A stretch of DNA of 64,000 bases from an uncultured Planctomycetaceae bacterium (GCA_963785305.1 CAWAUV010000006.1:1-64000), one strand, 5' to 3'. Positions 33,137 to 45,548 are shown, counted from the stretch's first letter. Program-made: numbers and translations. Notes: generated by a model from the sequence alone, not told the origin.

Positions 33137-35301
33137 TCAGCTCGCCGCGGCTTCAGCGTGTCGCTCTTGCCGCTGTTCGGCCCGGCTCGTGTCGAGCGAC
33201 AAGGTCATGCTCACGCTCCAGCGGCCATCGGCGTCGGGCTCCACGAGCCAATGCGGTTCGACCACCACGCTTTGATGCACCAGTTCGAATCCACCTTCCG
33301 ATTGGCTCACGGTTTCGATCGGATAGGTCCAAATACCGCTCGGCCGCGAGATCGTCAGACCGCAATCGATGCCGAGCCATTCGTCGACCAAGCCTAGCTC
33401 GCGCACCTCCGACAGGTCGAGCCGAGCGCCAAGCTGACCGAGCCGCTGTCCATCGGCGCCGTGGAAATAGCGATCGTCGGCGCCCGAGGGCAGGCCCGCG
33501 AAATTGAATTCCACGGCGAAGCGTAGCGGTCGGTCGGCGCAGCCCTTCGAGCAAATAAGTGATTTCGAGCGTCGGGCTATTTTCCTCGAGTGTCACCGCC
33601 TTGGTCATGCGCACCGGCTCGCCGCCAGCCACGCCTTGGGCCGAGAGCTGGGCTTGGATGCGGTCGGGATTGCGACGCAAGCGGGCTTCATAAGGTCGAT
33701 TCAAGAAGTCGCCCCGCTCGGCCGCGTCGCCATGCGACACCGCCGCGAGGCCCACGCCCGGATCATAAAAGTGATCGAGCAGACTCTTTCGCGGCCAGCC
33801 ATCGTATTGCAAATGCTGATCGAGCCCCGGCTGCTTGAAGATCACCCGATCGGCCACTCCGGCCACATCGCTCCGGCCGTTGGCGCCGCCGATGATCGAG
33901 CGATGATACGCCTCGGGCCGGCGAGTCATGGTGGCCAGCAAATTGTGGCAGATCGAACGGACATCGAGCTCATACATCTGTCCGCCGCGGCTGGGCGCGA
34001 TCAGGGTCAGAAGTCGATTGTTCGCGAGCTGGATTTCTTGGCGTCCGTCGAAATTGAAATCATCGGCCGTGGCCTCGACAAACGGTCCGCCTCGGCCCGA
34101 GGCCCGGTCGAGCAGATTGTCGGCGGCGATGAGTTGTTGATACACGGCGTTGCGCAGATGCGGCAGATAGGTTCCACCAAACGCGCCGTGCCAGTAGCTG
34201 CAATTGCACTGCCCGCGATAGAGACAACTGCGGGCATGATCCATCAGCTCGCCGGTAACGCCCGACTCGGTGAGCTTTTGCAAGCGCCGGCTGACCTGCA
34301 TCATGCGGGCATACATTTCATTGGTCTCGGGATACTTCACCTTGAAGTTCCTCCAGAAGCCGCCGCGCACGAAGCGGGCCAGCTTCGGCCAACGCGCGTC
34401 ATGCTCGAATTCGCGGCGCACATGCGCGAACTCGCACATTTGATCGGCCGGAAGCACCCATTCGGTCATCTCACGATAGCTGCCCTCGGGCAGATAGACC
34501 TTGCCCAGGGGCGGCGTCGACTCGAGCGCTTCGGTCGGCGTGACACATTGGATCCAACCGCGATTCTCGACCAATAAATCGAAAAACCGCGTGAGCCAAC
34601 CTTCTTCGTAGACACTGCGCTTGGTCTCGGGCCATGCGCCGAACTTTTCGCCGTCGTCGCCGAACACGGCGATCGCGTTGGTGTGTTTATGCGCGAGCTC
34701 CGCCAAATGCTCGATCACTTGATGCGCACCGCCAAACGGCATCAGATATCGCAAGGGCTCGCTGTCGGGAAACACGGCCAGCAGATTGCCTTCATCCTCG
34801 GTGAGATAGTAGCCGTGAAGCTGCTCGGCCGAGAGGCCCGCGTTTTTGAAATGCGAATCATCGAGCATCGTGTAGCGGATGCCGGCCGCCACCAAGTCGC
34901 TCGTGAAATTTTGCTCCCACACCCGCTCGGGCACCCACATGCCGCGCACCTTGCGCGCCGAGCCGGTTTTCGAGCCAGCGAGAGAAGGCGCGAATCTGGC
35001 CGACGCGATCGCGCGAGGGAATCATGGCCAGGATCGGCTCATAGAAAGCGCCGCCCACGATCTCGATGCGCCCGGCGGCCACGAGCGACGCGAGCCGGTC
35101 GAGATATTCGCCATGGCGAACATCGAGCCATTCCATCAAGGGGCCGCTGGTGTGCAGGCCCATCTTGAGCGTCGGGTAGCGCTCGAAAACATCGAGAAAT
35201 GGTTTGTAGGCGTCTTGATAGGCTTGCTCGAACACATGGTCGAAGTTGCCGACCGGTTGATGATCGTGCAACACCATGACGAAGCGAATCGTGTTTTGCA
35301 T
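33137..35301 (-). CDS. GH57 alpha-amylase/4-alpha-glucanotransferase with C-terminal DUF1926-type domain (frameshifts near 34950 and 33530)
   Basis: HDHQPVGN, GAFYEPIL, WVPERVWE, DDGEKFG, QCNCSYWHGAFGG. Confidence 0.88.
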
Positions 35302-35483
35302 AGTGGCGAAGCGCGGCTCGCGACAACCGCGGTCTTGGAGAGAGTGTGGTCGTTCAGATGATGGATCGATACAAAGTTGCGTTACGACGGCGTGTTTTCA
35401 GGGTGTTCGTGGGTTATTCGCGGGCACGGGCTTTCGTGCGTCGCACGGACCTGCTCGCGGCGCGAGATGGCGATTGCGCCTTT

Positions 35484-36549
35484 CTATCGATCCGCTTGGC
35501 GCTCGGGGGCCCATTCCGCCTGATCGTCAATCTTTTCCTCGCTTGCCAGAGGCGCCTCGACGCCACGCAAAAACTCGGCGGCTTCTTCGGGCGGAACCGG
35601 ATTGATAAAGAATCCGGCCCCCCACTCAAACCCCGCCGTTCGCGCCAGGCGCGGAATAATCTCCATATGCCAGTGATAGTGCTCCAACGCGGGAGTGTCA
35701 AAGGGCGCCGTGTGGATTATGTAGTTATACGCGGGTCGATCGAGCGCCGTTTCGATTTTCGTCATCACTCGGTGCAGTATCTGGGCCAATTCCTCGATTG
35801 GCGCGGCCTCGATGCGCTCATAATGACTGTTATGCGGTTTGGGTAAAATCCACGTCTCGAAGGGCGACCGCGAAGCAAACGGACAAAACGCCACGCAGCC
35901 CGGCGTGTCGAGCACGATTCGGCGACCATCGCTGATCTCCTGCTCGATCATGTCGCAAAAGACGCAGCGCCCGCGATAGCGAAAATACGCTAGCGACCCC
36001 TCGAGCTCCTCGCGAACCGTGATCGGCACGATCGGCGTGACGATCAACTGGCTGTGCGCGTGTTCCAGCGAGGCGCCGGCGCCAGCGCCCACATTCTTGA
36101 AGATCATGCCATGCGCGAGCCGCGAGTCGCGCTTAAGATCGACGAGCCGATCGCGATACACCGCCAACACCTGGGCGATCCTCGCCGGCGAGAGGTCGGC
36201 CGTGGTGATGCGATGGTCGGGCGATTCGATAATGACCTCATGGGCGCCCACGCCGCGCATGCAGTCGTAGAGCCCCTCGCCGCGTTTCTGGAGCGGCCCC
36301 TCGATCTCAAGGGCCGGAAACTTGTTCGGCACCACGCGCACATCCCAGCCGGGCGAATCCGGGGGTCCGCCGGTGGGGCGATAGGCGAGAATCTCGCCGG
36401 GCGTATGCTCTTCGGCGCCGGCGCAAAAAGGGACAAAAAGTGCTCCGGCGCACCGGCGAATCGGCGCCAAACTCATGAGGCCGCTTCGCGCGCCCCTTGG
36501 CGACGATCACCCACCGGCCCACGATCGGATCTTTACGCAAATCTGGCAT
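35484..36549 (-). CDS. galT: Galactose-1-phosphate uridylyltransferase-family protein (frameshifts near 36430-36470)
   Basis: [49 protein letters not shown]. Confidence 0.88.
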
Positions 36550-36786
36550 TCAGCCTCACAGCCCCCCCATGGGCAAACGCGCCGCGCCGCGGCCATGCAT
36601 TTTCTCGAAGGCTCACCTCGCGATGACTCGCGATCGAATATGACCCCCGCGCCGCGGGAACGACCCACAAGGCTCCGCCCCGCGAGGCTCTAGCCACTTG
36701 GCCATTCGTATTTTCACCTCGATATCGCGCGATCATTTTGGCAGCCCCCACGCGCCGCGGCAAGTCAGGCTGCCTCGGCCAGCGCC

Positions 36787-39048
36787 CTATACCAACCCCC
36801 ACCGCTTGCGCAGGGTCCATTCGACGCAGAGAAACGTCACGAAGATCAGGAAAAATGGCCATGTGTCCCAGGGGCTTTGCTTTTCCAGGGTTTGCGTGTC
36901 CAGGTCGAGCGGTTGGCGCCGGATGCGCTCGATGAGCGTGGGCAGTTCCTCGGGCGCGAGCGATTGGCCGCCCGCCGCGGCCGTGGCACGCGCGAGACTG
37001 GCGAGCAGCGACGGATCGCCGGCGGCGTTGTCGAGCTCCAAGTCTTGCTCATGGATCAAGAAGCGGGCCCGAGTCGTGCCCTGGATCGCTTCGCCCGCGG
37101 CCGTGAGCTCGATCGTGTAGTCGCCGGCTGCTTGGGTGTCGGAAAACATTCCCGAAAGCTGCTGGCCCGTGCGCACCAGGGGCACCGGGCGGCGCGAGCC
37201 ATCGGGGCGAATCACGACGGCTTCGAATTTACCGTCGAGCGTGGGTTCGCCTTGCGGATTGCGGGCCCCGGCCGTGAATTCGACCCGCGCGTTGGGCGGA
37301 AAACGCCGCTGGGGCAATTTGAGCCACAGGTTGTTTTGAGTTTCGTCTTTGTGGGCCAACCAGAGAATCGCCTGACGCCAGAATCGCTTGTGCTCGGCCG
37401 CGTGACCTTGCATCCACCAGTGCCACGTCGAGTCGCCGGCAAAGGCCATCACCCGGCCGCCGGCCTCTTGCGTGACCAAGAGCGGCTTGCCATCGGGAGT
37501 GTCGGCCAGAATCTGGGCCAGGGGCTTCACGCCGATCCAGCGGTTCGCGCCATCGAGCGGAGGCAACTTCTTCCAGGCCGCTTCGTTCTCGCCCGGCGGC
37601 GCGAGCGACATCACAAAATGCCTCGCTCCTAGCGGACGCGCCGGCTGCATCACCAACGGGCCCGGCCACTGCAAGTCGCTGCGGGCGCTCACCGGATCGT
37701 CGGGCCTCAGGCGCTCGAGCGGATTCATGCGCACTGGCGATATCGCGGCGAGCGGAGTTTCGGCATAGCCGCCGGCGCCATAGGTGCGAAAGCCGCCCAA
37801 CGTGAGCAGGCCCGCGCCCGAGCGCACCACGGCGGCCAACCGCTCGAGTTCTTCATTGCTGAAGGCCGACGAATCGATGTCGCCGAGAATATAAACATCA
37901 TATTTTCCGGGCTGAAACTGCTCGGCTAGATTCGCCGGATGCGTGCTCCGGTCGTGCGCGTCGATGCGAATCGAATCCACGCGAATATCCGACGACGCAT
38001 CGAGCGAGCGCCGCAGGAACTTCTGCTCGACCCGAAGATCGCCTTCGATATCGAGCACGCTTATGCCGCCGGAAAGCACGGTGACGAACGTGCTGAGATG
38101 ATTGTTGGTGGTGACAAGTTCGCCGGGCCGCGGCGGGGTTTCGAGCGTGAGCTTGTATTCTCCGGGCGTTTGCGGCACATAGCTCAATTGAATCGGCAGC
38201 GACTCGCCGTCGCTTTGCGATTGCAACTCCTCGGCGGCCACGTCTTCCATCTTGCCATCGGCCGCCTCGAATGCGAGCCGCACCGGAATCTTTTCATTGG
38301 CATAGCCATCGATCCGGACCACGCCTTCGACCGTGAGATCGTTTTTCACATACACGGTTTGATTCACGATCAGGTCCTTGATCGCCACATCGCGCGCTTG
38401 CCCCGCGCCGCGACCTTGCCCGATGGCGATCGCATGGAGCGGGCAGCCCAGGGCGGTCATGCGGCGCACTGCGGTTTGCGGCGGCGTGTCGCGCGGGGCA
38501 TAGGCCCGCTGGGCGCCATCGCTGAGCAGGATGAGTCCCACGAGCCGCTGGCCGGCTTCGCGGCGGAGCACGTCTTCGAGCGCGGCGCCGATGGCGGTTT
38601 GTTCGCCGCGCGGCTCGGCGTCGAGCGCGAACTTGCCGTCTTTGTATTCGAGCGGCTTCACATCGGCGTCAAACGCATAACCTTTTACATGAATGTCGTC
38701 GCCCAATTCGGCGAGCACGGTCGCCGACTCGCCGAGGGCGCGCTGCAATGTTTGCCAGCGCGATCGGCCGCCCACGGTGTCGGTGACTTGCATACTGCGT
38801 GAATCGTCGACCAGCACCAGCAGCGTGGCCGGTTGTTTTTTGGTGACCGTGGCCATCAGGGTCGGCCGCATCATGGCCAGCAGCAAAAGCAGAATCACCG
38901 CGACACGGAGCCCAAACAGCACCCAGCGCCGCCCCAAGCCGAGCCGCTCCTTGGGCACTCCCAGGAACACGAGCAGCGCCAACAGCGCGACGGCCACGCC
39001 GCCCGAAAGCCAATAGCCGCCCACTGGGTTGAGATACCACTCGGTCAT
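36787..39048 (-). CDS. Membrane protein with VWA-like and class-I glutamine-amidotransferase-like domains
   Basis: N-terminal TM helices, LVDDSRSM and LLSDG (MIDAS-like), GGFRTYGAGGY, C-terminal EWTLRKRWGL. Confidence 0.8.
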   Translation of the reverse strand: MTEWYLNPVGGYWLSGGVAVALLALLVFLGVPKERLGLGRRWVLFGLRVAVILLLLLAMMRPTLMATVTKKQPATLLVLVDDSRSMQVTDTVGGRSRWQTLQRALGESATVLAELGDDIHVKGYAFDADVKPLEYKDGKFALDAEPRGEQTAIGAALEDVLRREAGQRLVGLILLSDGAQRAYAPRDTPPQTAVRRMTALGCPLHAIAIGQGRGAGQARDVAIKDLIVNQTVYVKNDLTVEGVVRIDGYANEKIPVRLAFEAADGKMEDVAAEELQSQSDGESLPIQLSYVPQTPGEYKLTLETPPRPGELVTTNNHLSTFVTVLSGGISVLDIEGDLRVEQKFLRRSLDASSDIRVDSIRIDAHDRSTHPANLAEQFQPGKYDVYILGDIDSSAFSNEELERLAAVVRSGAGLLTLGGFRTYGAGGYAETPLAAISPVRMNPLERLRPDDPVSARSDLQWPGPLVMQPARPLGARHFVMSLAPPGENEAAWKKLPPLDGANRWIGVKPLAQILADTPDGKPLLVTQEAGGRVMAFAGDSTWHWWMQGHAAEHKRFWRQAILWLAHKDETQNNLWLKLPQRRFPPNARVEFTAGARNPQGEPTLDGKFEAVVIRPDGSRRPVPLVRTGQQLSGMFSDTQAAGDYTIELTAAGEAIQGTTRARFLIHEQDLELDNAAGDPSLLASLARATAAAGGQSLAPEELPTLIERIRRQPLDLDTQTLEKQSPWDTWPFFLIFVTFLCVEWTLRKRWGLV

Positions 39049-41310
39049 CGTTGATTCTTTTTCGAGACGAACGGCGTGCTTGTCGAGCCCGAAGGCTCAC
39101 ACTCCGGCCGCTTGGCGTTTCGTGGATTCGATCGCGGCGCTCGACCGTGCGCTCGGCGGTCTTGGTCGATTCGACCCGGTAATCATTGCGGTAGAACCGA
39201 TTGGCCAGGGCCAACTCGCCGCCCAGCACCATGGCCACCAGCACGATCAGAAAGGGATACAACTCTTGTCCGACCCGAGCCGTGTTCATGCTGCGATCGA
39301 TTTCATCGCGATTGCGCCAGTCGAAACGGCGTCTCGCCGAATACCGCTTTAATCTCGGCCTCGCTGGCTCGCACCAGCGATGTGCTGGCCGCGGGCAGAT
39401 TGACGCTGAATCCCAGATCGACGCCGGCGTCGCCGCCCGCTTTGGCGCGATAGGAGCCGGGCTCGTCGGTGGCGGTGTAGACGAGTGCCCGACGCCGCTC
39501 GTCGATCGCTTGGCGAACCGTCTCGCCCGACGGCGTGGTGAGCAGGCAGACCGCCGTTTTGGCGTTGGTGGGAAGCGGCGCCACGGCGGTTTCGCCGACG
39601 AAGTAATTAAGCTGTGTCGAACTACCACCGACCAGATAACGCAGCATTTCGTTGGCGAGCATTACAAACGGCCAGGGCTCGTCGCCCGTCGGCAGCGTGT
39701 TCCACAAATCGCGCCGCGAGGCCGGGTCCGAAACCGGGGTGGTGAGCATGAGGACACGTCCCTCGCCCACGGGACGCTCGACCAGCGCCGGCAGTGTGTT
39801 GGAATAGGGAATAATCACGGCGGCGTCGGGCGCGAGCGGCCCCAGTTGCCAATGCCGAAAAACCGGAAATCCATCCCACGGCACATTCGTCCGCAACGGA
39901 CGAAATTTCGCCAACAGCGGATGCTCGAGACTCTCGGGCGACAGATAAATATCGCGGTCGCCGGCGTTCCACAATCGCAAGAGCGGCCCGGGCAAGAGCT
40001 CGAGCGCCGCGGGATTATTGAATGCGGTGTTGCCGGCATTGCGGCCCAGAAAGATCGCCGCGCCGCCGCCGCCGGAGACATAGGCCGCGAGTCGTTGCCA
40101 AACGGCGGCCGGCAGCGGAGTGGGGTCGACCAGACACACGGCCGCGTAGCCCTCGAGTCGGCCGCGTGGCCAGTTCATCGAGCGGCACGGTCTCGCACTC
40201 GAAGGCCGCTTCGTTTTGCACTCGCAGCCGATAGGGCGCGAGCGCCTCGGAGAGAAAGAGCGTGTAGTCGCTTGCCTTGGGCGGCGCCGCCAGCAGCACG
40301 CGCCAGGGCGGCTTGACTTCGACCGTGAAATAACGGGTATTATCCGCCGCGAGTCCATCTTCGCCCGCGATCTTGAGCAGCCCCTGATGCACGCCGGGCT
40401 CGAGCCCGCCCAAGCGGAATTCGAGCGCGGTCGATTCGCCGTCGGCGAGCGACACGGTTTGTTGGCTTCGCGGAGTGAAGGCTTTGCCATCGCCGAGCAA
40501 CAGTTCCACGTTTCGCTCGCCGCCCGCGCCTAAAGCGCTGAAGTCGGTGGCGACGCGCAGCGGGCTATTTTTGGAGAGCACTTGAGCGTCGATGCGCAAA
40601 TCGCCCAGCGAAAAATCCCGCGGATCGGTCGAGCCGACATCGATCACATAAAACGCCACGCCCTCGAACTGCTTCATATCCCGCTGGGCTTGGGCCATCG
40701 CCGGGCCGGTCCAGGAGACTTGCGTGGCGTCGGTGAAAAGATAGACCTCCTTGCGCGGTTTGTCGCTGGTTTGCGTGAGTCGGGCAGCGCTCGCGAGGCT
40801 TTCGCCCAGCGGATGCGAGTCGGCCCTCACGGCCAGCTTTTTCACGCGATCACGAGCCGCGCCCACATTCACGGCAAACACCGCCATGTCGGCGCCGGTC
40901 TCGACCACGGCCACGTCGCTCTCGACCGGTAGTTGTTCGAGCAGCCAGAGACCGGTGTCGCGGGCCAAGTCCAAGCGAGTTTGATTGTGTTGGCGATAGG
41001 CCATTCGCGGCGCGGTGTCGAACACCAGCGCCACCGCCACCGGCGCTTCGCGACTGCCCAACACGCCCGACGCCATGATGGTCGGCCGGGCCAGCGCCAG
41101 CGCGAGCCCCGCCACCGCCGCGCAGCGCAACAGCAGCAGCAACCACTGGCGAAACTTTAGTCGCCGGCGGTTCGAGTCCTTGCGAGCTTGAATGAATCGC
41201 AAGGCGGGAAATTCGATCCTTCGCGGCTGCTGGCGCATGATCAAATGCAGAATGATCGGCGCGGCGATCAGACCGGCTCCGGCCAGCAGCGATAGATGCA
41301 AGAAACCCAT
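39045..41310 (-). CDS. BatA-domain/VWA membrane protein (frameshifts near 40155, 39310 and 39100)
   Basis: APIILHLIMRQQPRRIEFPALRFI..LLLLLR..LARP (BatA); C-terminal TM GQELYPFL..ELALANRFY. Confidence 0.8.
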
Positions 41311-41319
41311 GCGAACCCA

Positions 41320-42216
41320 TCAACCTCGCGATTGCCGGCTGACGAGATATTCCATCAGCGCTTTATCGAACTGCATGCTCGTGTCGAGGCCCACATAGTC
41401 GACGCCGCACTTCGAGCACTCGCGGCGATAGCGATCACAGAAGGCGTTCACTTCGCGGAGATAATCGCCGCGGTAGCTGCTGGCGTCGATCGCGAGACGC
41501 GTGTTCGACTCGGGCTCCTCGAATTCAATCATACCGTCGAACGGGAACCGAGCCTCGGCTTCGTCGAGAATATGGAACAAAATCACGTCGTGCCCCCCGT
41601 GCCGCAGCCGGCGGAGCGCCGCCAGCACGGCGTCGACATCGGCGAACAGATCGGTAAACAGCATCACCAGCGACTTGTGCCGCAGCATCGCCGCGAGCTG
41701 GGTCAGGCTGCGGGCAATATCGGTCGAGCCCGTGGGCCGCAAGTTGGCCAGGAGCGAGAGCACGTTGCCGACCTGGGTGCGCTTGGACCGCGGCGGGAGG
41801 CTTTGCCGAATTCGCTCGTCGAACGTGATGAGCCCGACCGGGTCTTGCTGATGCACCATCAAGTAGCAGAGCGCGGCGGCCAGACTCACGCCATATTCGA
41901 ACTTGGTGAGCTCCTGGCGATAGGTGTAGCCCATCGAACGGCTGAGGTCCATGACCAGATAGCCGGTGATGTTGGTCTCGGACTCGAATTTCTTGATGTA
42001 GTACTTATCGGTCTTGGCGTAGACGAGCCAGTCGATGTCTTGCGGATCGTCGCCCTGGGTGTATTTGCGATGTTCGGAGAACTCGACGGAAAAGCCATGA
42101 AACGGGCTGGCGTGCAGGCCCTGCAAAAAGCCCTTGACGATGAACTGGGCCCGCAGATCAAGCCGCGAAATCTGGCGAACGACCTGCGGCTTGAGGTATT
42201 TTTCAACTGTGGACAT
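41320..42216 (-). CDS. DUF58 protein
   Basis: GLHASPFHGFSVEFSEHRKYTQGDD..IDW, DLSRSM. Confidence 0.92.
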   Translation of the reverse strand: MSTVEKYLKPQVVRQISRLDLRAQFIVKGFLQGLHASPFHGFSVEFSEHRKYTQGDDPQDIDWLVYAKTDKYYIKKFESETNITGYLVMDLSRSMGYTYRQELTKFEYGVSLAAALCYLMVHQQDPVGLITFDERIRQSLPPRSKRTQVGNVLSLLANLRPTGSTDIARSLTQLAAMLRHKSLVMLFTDLFADVDAVLAALRRLRHGGHDVILFHILDEAEARFPFDGMIEFEEPESNTRLAIDASSYRGDYLREVNAFCDRYRRECSKCGVDYVGLDTSMQFDKALMEYLVSRQSRG

Positions 42217-42249
42217 GGGCTTATCTTTGGGGTCGATCCGGAATCATCG

Positions 42250-43048
42250 CTATTGGCGGGGAGACATCGGAGTCGGCAGCGAGAATAGTTTTTCCAGGAA
42301 ACGAAATACATTTTGAATTTCGGGCAAATTCAATGCCGCGGAGCCAAGCCACTGGTTGTCGAGAATAGAAACTTGGATCGCTTTGCCGGGACGAAGCACG
42401 CTCGCGATGGAAGCGACGAGCCGCCTTGTCGCGTCCGGCGCTCTTGCGAAAGTCACGACCGTCTTCAGGCGAGAGATTCCAATCTTCTACCGATCCAATG
42501 AAAGTCCTCGCGTCGGCGAGGGCCGCCTGATATTCGGCCTCGGCGCAAAGGATGAGAAGTCTTTCGAGCGTGCCTCCGCTTGAATTATCGGGCATTACGA
42601 AAACACCGGTGACGGGGGCATTTCCGGTGATCTCGCCGGGCACGGCGGCGAATTCGATTTTTTTCTTGCGAAACGTTTCGGCCATTGTTTTAGCCCGCGT
42701 CGCGGGTGAATGCGTAACATCGGCGTCTAGGATCGCCCCGATCGCGAACAGGCTATTAGGGCTCAACGAGGCGTAGGACTCTTCAACGGTCGCGGCGATT
42801 GCTTTTTCGCCACCCGCCACGTGGATTGCGATCTGAACGTCGCACGTGTCGCTCGCCATGAAGCTCGGAACCGGAACACGGCGCAGCAAGTCGCCGTCGT
42901 GAGGAAAATTCCTGGGCACAAGCGGATGCCAATAGCTGTCTAGAAGCCGCACTTCTCGTACGATGCCAAAACCGCGATGTTCGAGCAGCTTCTGAAAAAA
43001 CGCCGCGTCTTGAATGCCCTCGACGACCAGATAGCCATACTTCGGCAT
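42250..43048 (-). CDS. DUF3226-like TOPRIM-fold protein (frameshift near 42425)
   Basis: LVVEGIQD, AILDAD, VFVMPDNSSGGTLE. Confidence 0.72.
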
Positions 43049-43050
43049 GG

Positions 43051-44224
43051 TTACCTCACGTCCAGACCGCGTTCATAACGCAAGCGATGCAGCAGATCGC
43101 CATCGATACGCCTGGCAAGCGATTTTTCGGGGGTGGAATCGAGATGATAGCCGACCAATTGGTTGAGGTCGGTTCCCTCGCAAGCCGTGAGCAGGGCATC
43201 GACGGCGTCGAGGCTGTGGGTGGTGGCGAAGAGCTGAATGTTGTATTGCGCAAGCTTTCGCGAGCCAGGAAAAGACCTTAGGCAGCGCCGAGACATGAAT
43301 CGAGGACTCGATTTCGTCGATCAGCAGATTGCCATTTTCGGCCGCGAGTGTGCCCAATCCGAACGAGAGCGCTCTACGGAGACCGTCGCCGAACGTCGTG
43401 AGCGGAAGCGCGCCCCCAGCGCTGCGCGTAACAAAAGCGATCGGACTTCTCCCGTCGGGCGAGAGGAACTCGAAGCCGCGAATTTCGTCGTCGAATCCCC
43501 GCATCAACTCCACCAGGGACTCTTGCCGGCGGTTTTGAAGCACTTGGCTCAAGAGACTGATCTGCTCGCGTTCGACGCGATGAGCTACCGCGGAGATCGT
43601 GTGAACGGGCAATGCAGAATCCGTCCCTGCGTCGGAGATTGCCGTCGGCGAGTCTTCCGTAAAAGTAAAAACCTCTAAATTCGGCTGCTGCTCCGCGCCG
43701 TCAATATGCGACTCAAGTTCGAGCTTGAAGCCCTTGCGAGTCTGATCCGCGTCGTCGCTCGGCACGTTAGAATTCATGCGCGGGACGCGGAATATTTCGT
43801 ATGTGACCTCCATGCACCTCGCGCTCGCGTGGCGTCGAATAGACCTGCTCTGGCCTGACACGCACGATTCGCCTTCAAAATGCGCCGGCGGTGAACGGCG
43901 CTCTCCGACGATGGTTTTTACACGATCCTTGCCGCTGGGAATAACGTATACATTTTCCGCCGTCAGAAAACGATCTCTGGGGAACATCCAGAACATTCCC
44001 TCGCGGATAGTTTCCCATGTCGACGTGATTTCCCGCCGTCGCACCGCATTGATCCATTCCTGCGGATCCAGCGGCCGGCTGAAGGTGGCGATGGCCTCCA
44101 GCACGCTCGTCTTGCCGGAATTATTCGGGCCGACGAACAGATTCACCCCGCCCAGGTCGTTGAGCTCCAGATTGCGCAAGCCGCGAAACGCGACGATGTT
44201 CAGGTTTTCGATATTGCGTTGCAT
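43051..44224 (-). CDS. ABC-type (AAA_15/AAA_21) ATPase (frameshift near 43255)
   Basis: FRGL, GPNNSGKTSVLEA, FGDGLRR, LLIDEIESSIH, FATTHS, C-terminal GLDVR. Confidence 0.85.
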
Positions 44225-44270
44225 GTCTTTCGGTCCTAACCCCGATCGTCTTCGCTCCGCGAAAACCGGC

Positions 44271-44320
44271 TAAACCGCCCGTCCGCTAAATCGCCCGTCC
44301 GCTCAACCGCTCGCCGCTCA
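44271..44320. repeat. Degenerate 15-16-bp tandem repeat x3
   Basis: AAACCGCCCGTCCGCT / AAATCGCCCGTCCGCT / CAACCGCTCGCCGCT. Confidence 0.6.
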
Positions 44321-45337
44321 GCCCGCGAATTTCGGGATTTCCGGCGTCGGCAGGTCTTTGAGCAGTCGCGCGATCACGTCCTCGGTCGTGAGGCCCTCGG
44401 CTTGGGCCTGGAAATTCGTGCTCACGCGATGCCGCAGCACCGGAATCGCCACGCGGCGGATATCGTCGATCGACACCGAAAACCGGCCCTCCATCGCCGC
44501 GAGCGCCTTCCCGCCATGAATCAAAAATTGTCCGGCCCGCGGACCAGCGCCCCAGTCGACCAGCTCGCGCACGAACACCGGAGCGTCGGCGTCTTTCGGT
44601 CGCGTGGCGCGAACCAGCCGCGCCACGTATTTAATGATATATTCGCTTACGGCCACTTTGCCCACGAGCGCTTGCAGGTTGATGATCGCCCGGCCCGAGA
44701 GAATCTTGCGGACCTCGGGTTTTTCGTTGCGCGTGGTCGAGGCGAGAATCTGTTCTTCCTCGGCGGCGCTCGGATAATCGACTTTCACATTGAACATAAA
44801 CCGGTCGAGCTGGGCTTCCGGCAACGGATAGGTGCCTTCTTGCTCGATCGGGTTCTGCGTGGCGATCACGAAAAACGGCTCGGGCAGCGGATACGTGGTC
44901 TGGCCGACCGTGACTTCGCGCTCTTGCATCGCCTGCAAGAGCGCTGCTTGGGTCTTGGGCGGAGTGCGGTTAATTTCATCGGCCAGCAGAATATTCGTGA
45001 AGATCGGGCCTTCGACAAAGCGGAACTGCCGCCGGCCGTTTTCGTCTTCGTCGAGCACATTGGTGCCGGTGATGTCCGAGGGCATCAGGTCGGGCGTGAA
45101 CTGAATGCGCTTGAAATTGATGTCGAGAATGTGCGCGAGCGTGCTCACCATGAGCGTCTTGGCCAAGCCAGGCACGCCCACCAGCAGGCAATGGCCACGC
45201 GTGAAAATCGCGGCGAATATCTGTTCGATCACGTCGTTTTGTCCGACGATGATTTTTTGCAATTCTTCCTGCATCACTTGGCGATGCTGGCTAAATTCTT
45301 GCAAAACATCGCCGAGACTTCGGGGCTTGGTCGCCAA
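44318..45337 (-). CDS. MoxR-family AAA+ ATPase
   Basis: GVPGLAKT, RIQFTPDLMPSDITG, LADEINRTPPKTQAALL, ATQNPIEQEGTYPLPEAQLDRF. Confidence 0.95.
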   Translation of the reverse strand: MATKPRSLGDVLQEFSQHRQVMQEELQKIIVGQNDVIEQIFAAIFTRGHCLLVGVPGLAKTLMVSTLAHILDINFKRIQFTPDLMPSDITGTNVLDEDENGRRQFRFVEGPIFTNILLADEINRTPPKTQAALLQAMQEREVTVGQTTYPLPEPFFVIATQNPIEQEGTYPLPEAQLDRFMFNVKVDYPSAAEEEQILASTTRNEKPEVRKILSGRAIINLQALVGKVAVSEYIIKYVARLVRATRPKDADAPVFVRELVDWGAGPRAGQFLIHGGKALAAMEGRFSVSIDDIRRVAIPVLRHRVSTNFQAQAEGLTTEDVIARLLKDLPTPEIPKFAG

Positions 45338-45430
45338 CGCGATTTCCTTTGCTTGCTCGAAGGGCGAGGATTTTTAATAGAACGCCCGGGGAACCCGGGG
45401 GGCTCCCAAGGACCGCCGGCCGACTCTCGC

Positions 45431-45460
45431 ATTCTACAAGTCGGGCGACACGGCGGGCAA
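45431..45460 (-). promoter_or_regulatory. Candidate sigma70-type promoter of the MoxR operon
   Basis: TTGCCC-18 bp-TAGAAT on the minus strand. Confidence 0.4.
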
Positions 45461-45548
45461 TCGCCGCTTTCCGGGGCGTTGCTCGCGCAACCCCTGAAAC
45501 CTAAGATATTTGAGGACCTCTTGCAGCCAAGGAAATAGGGACCGGCAT

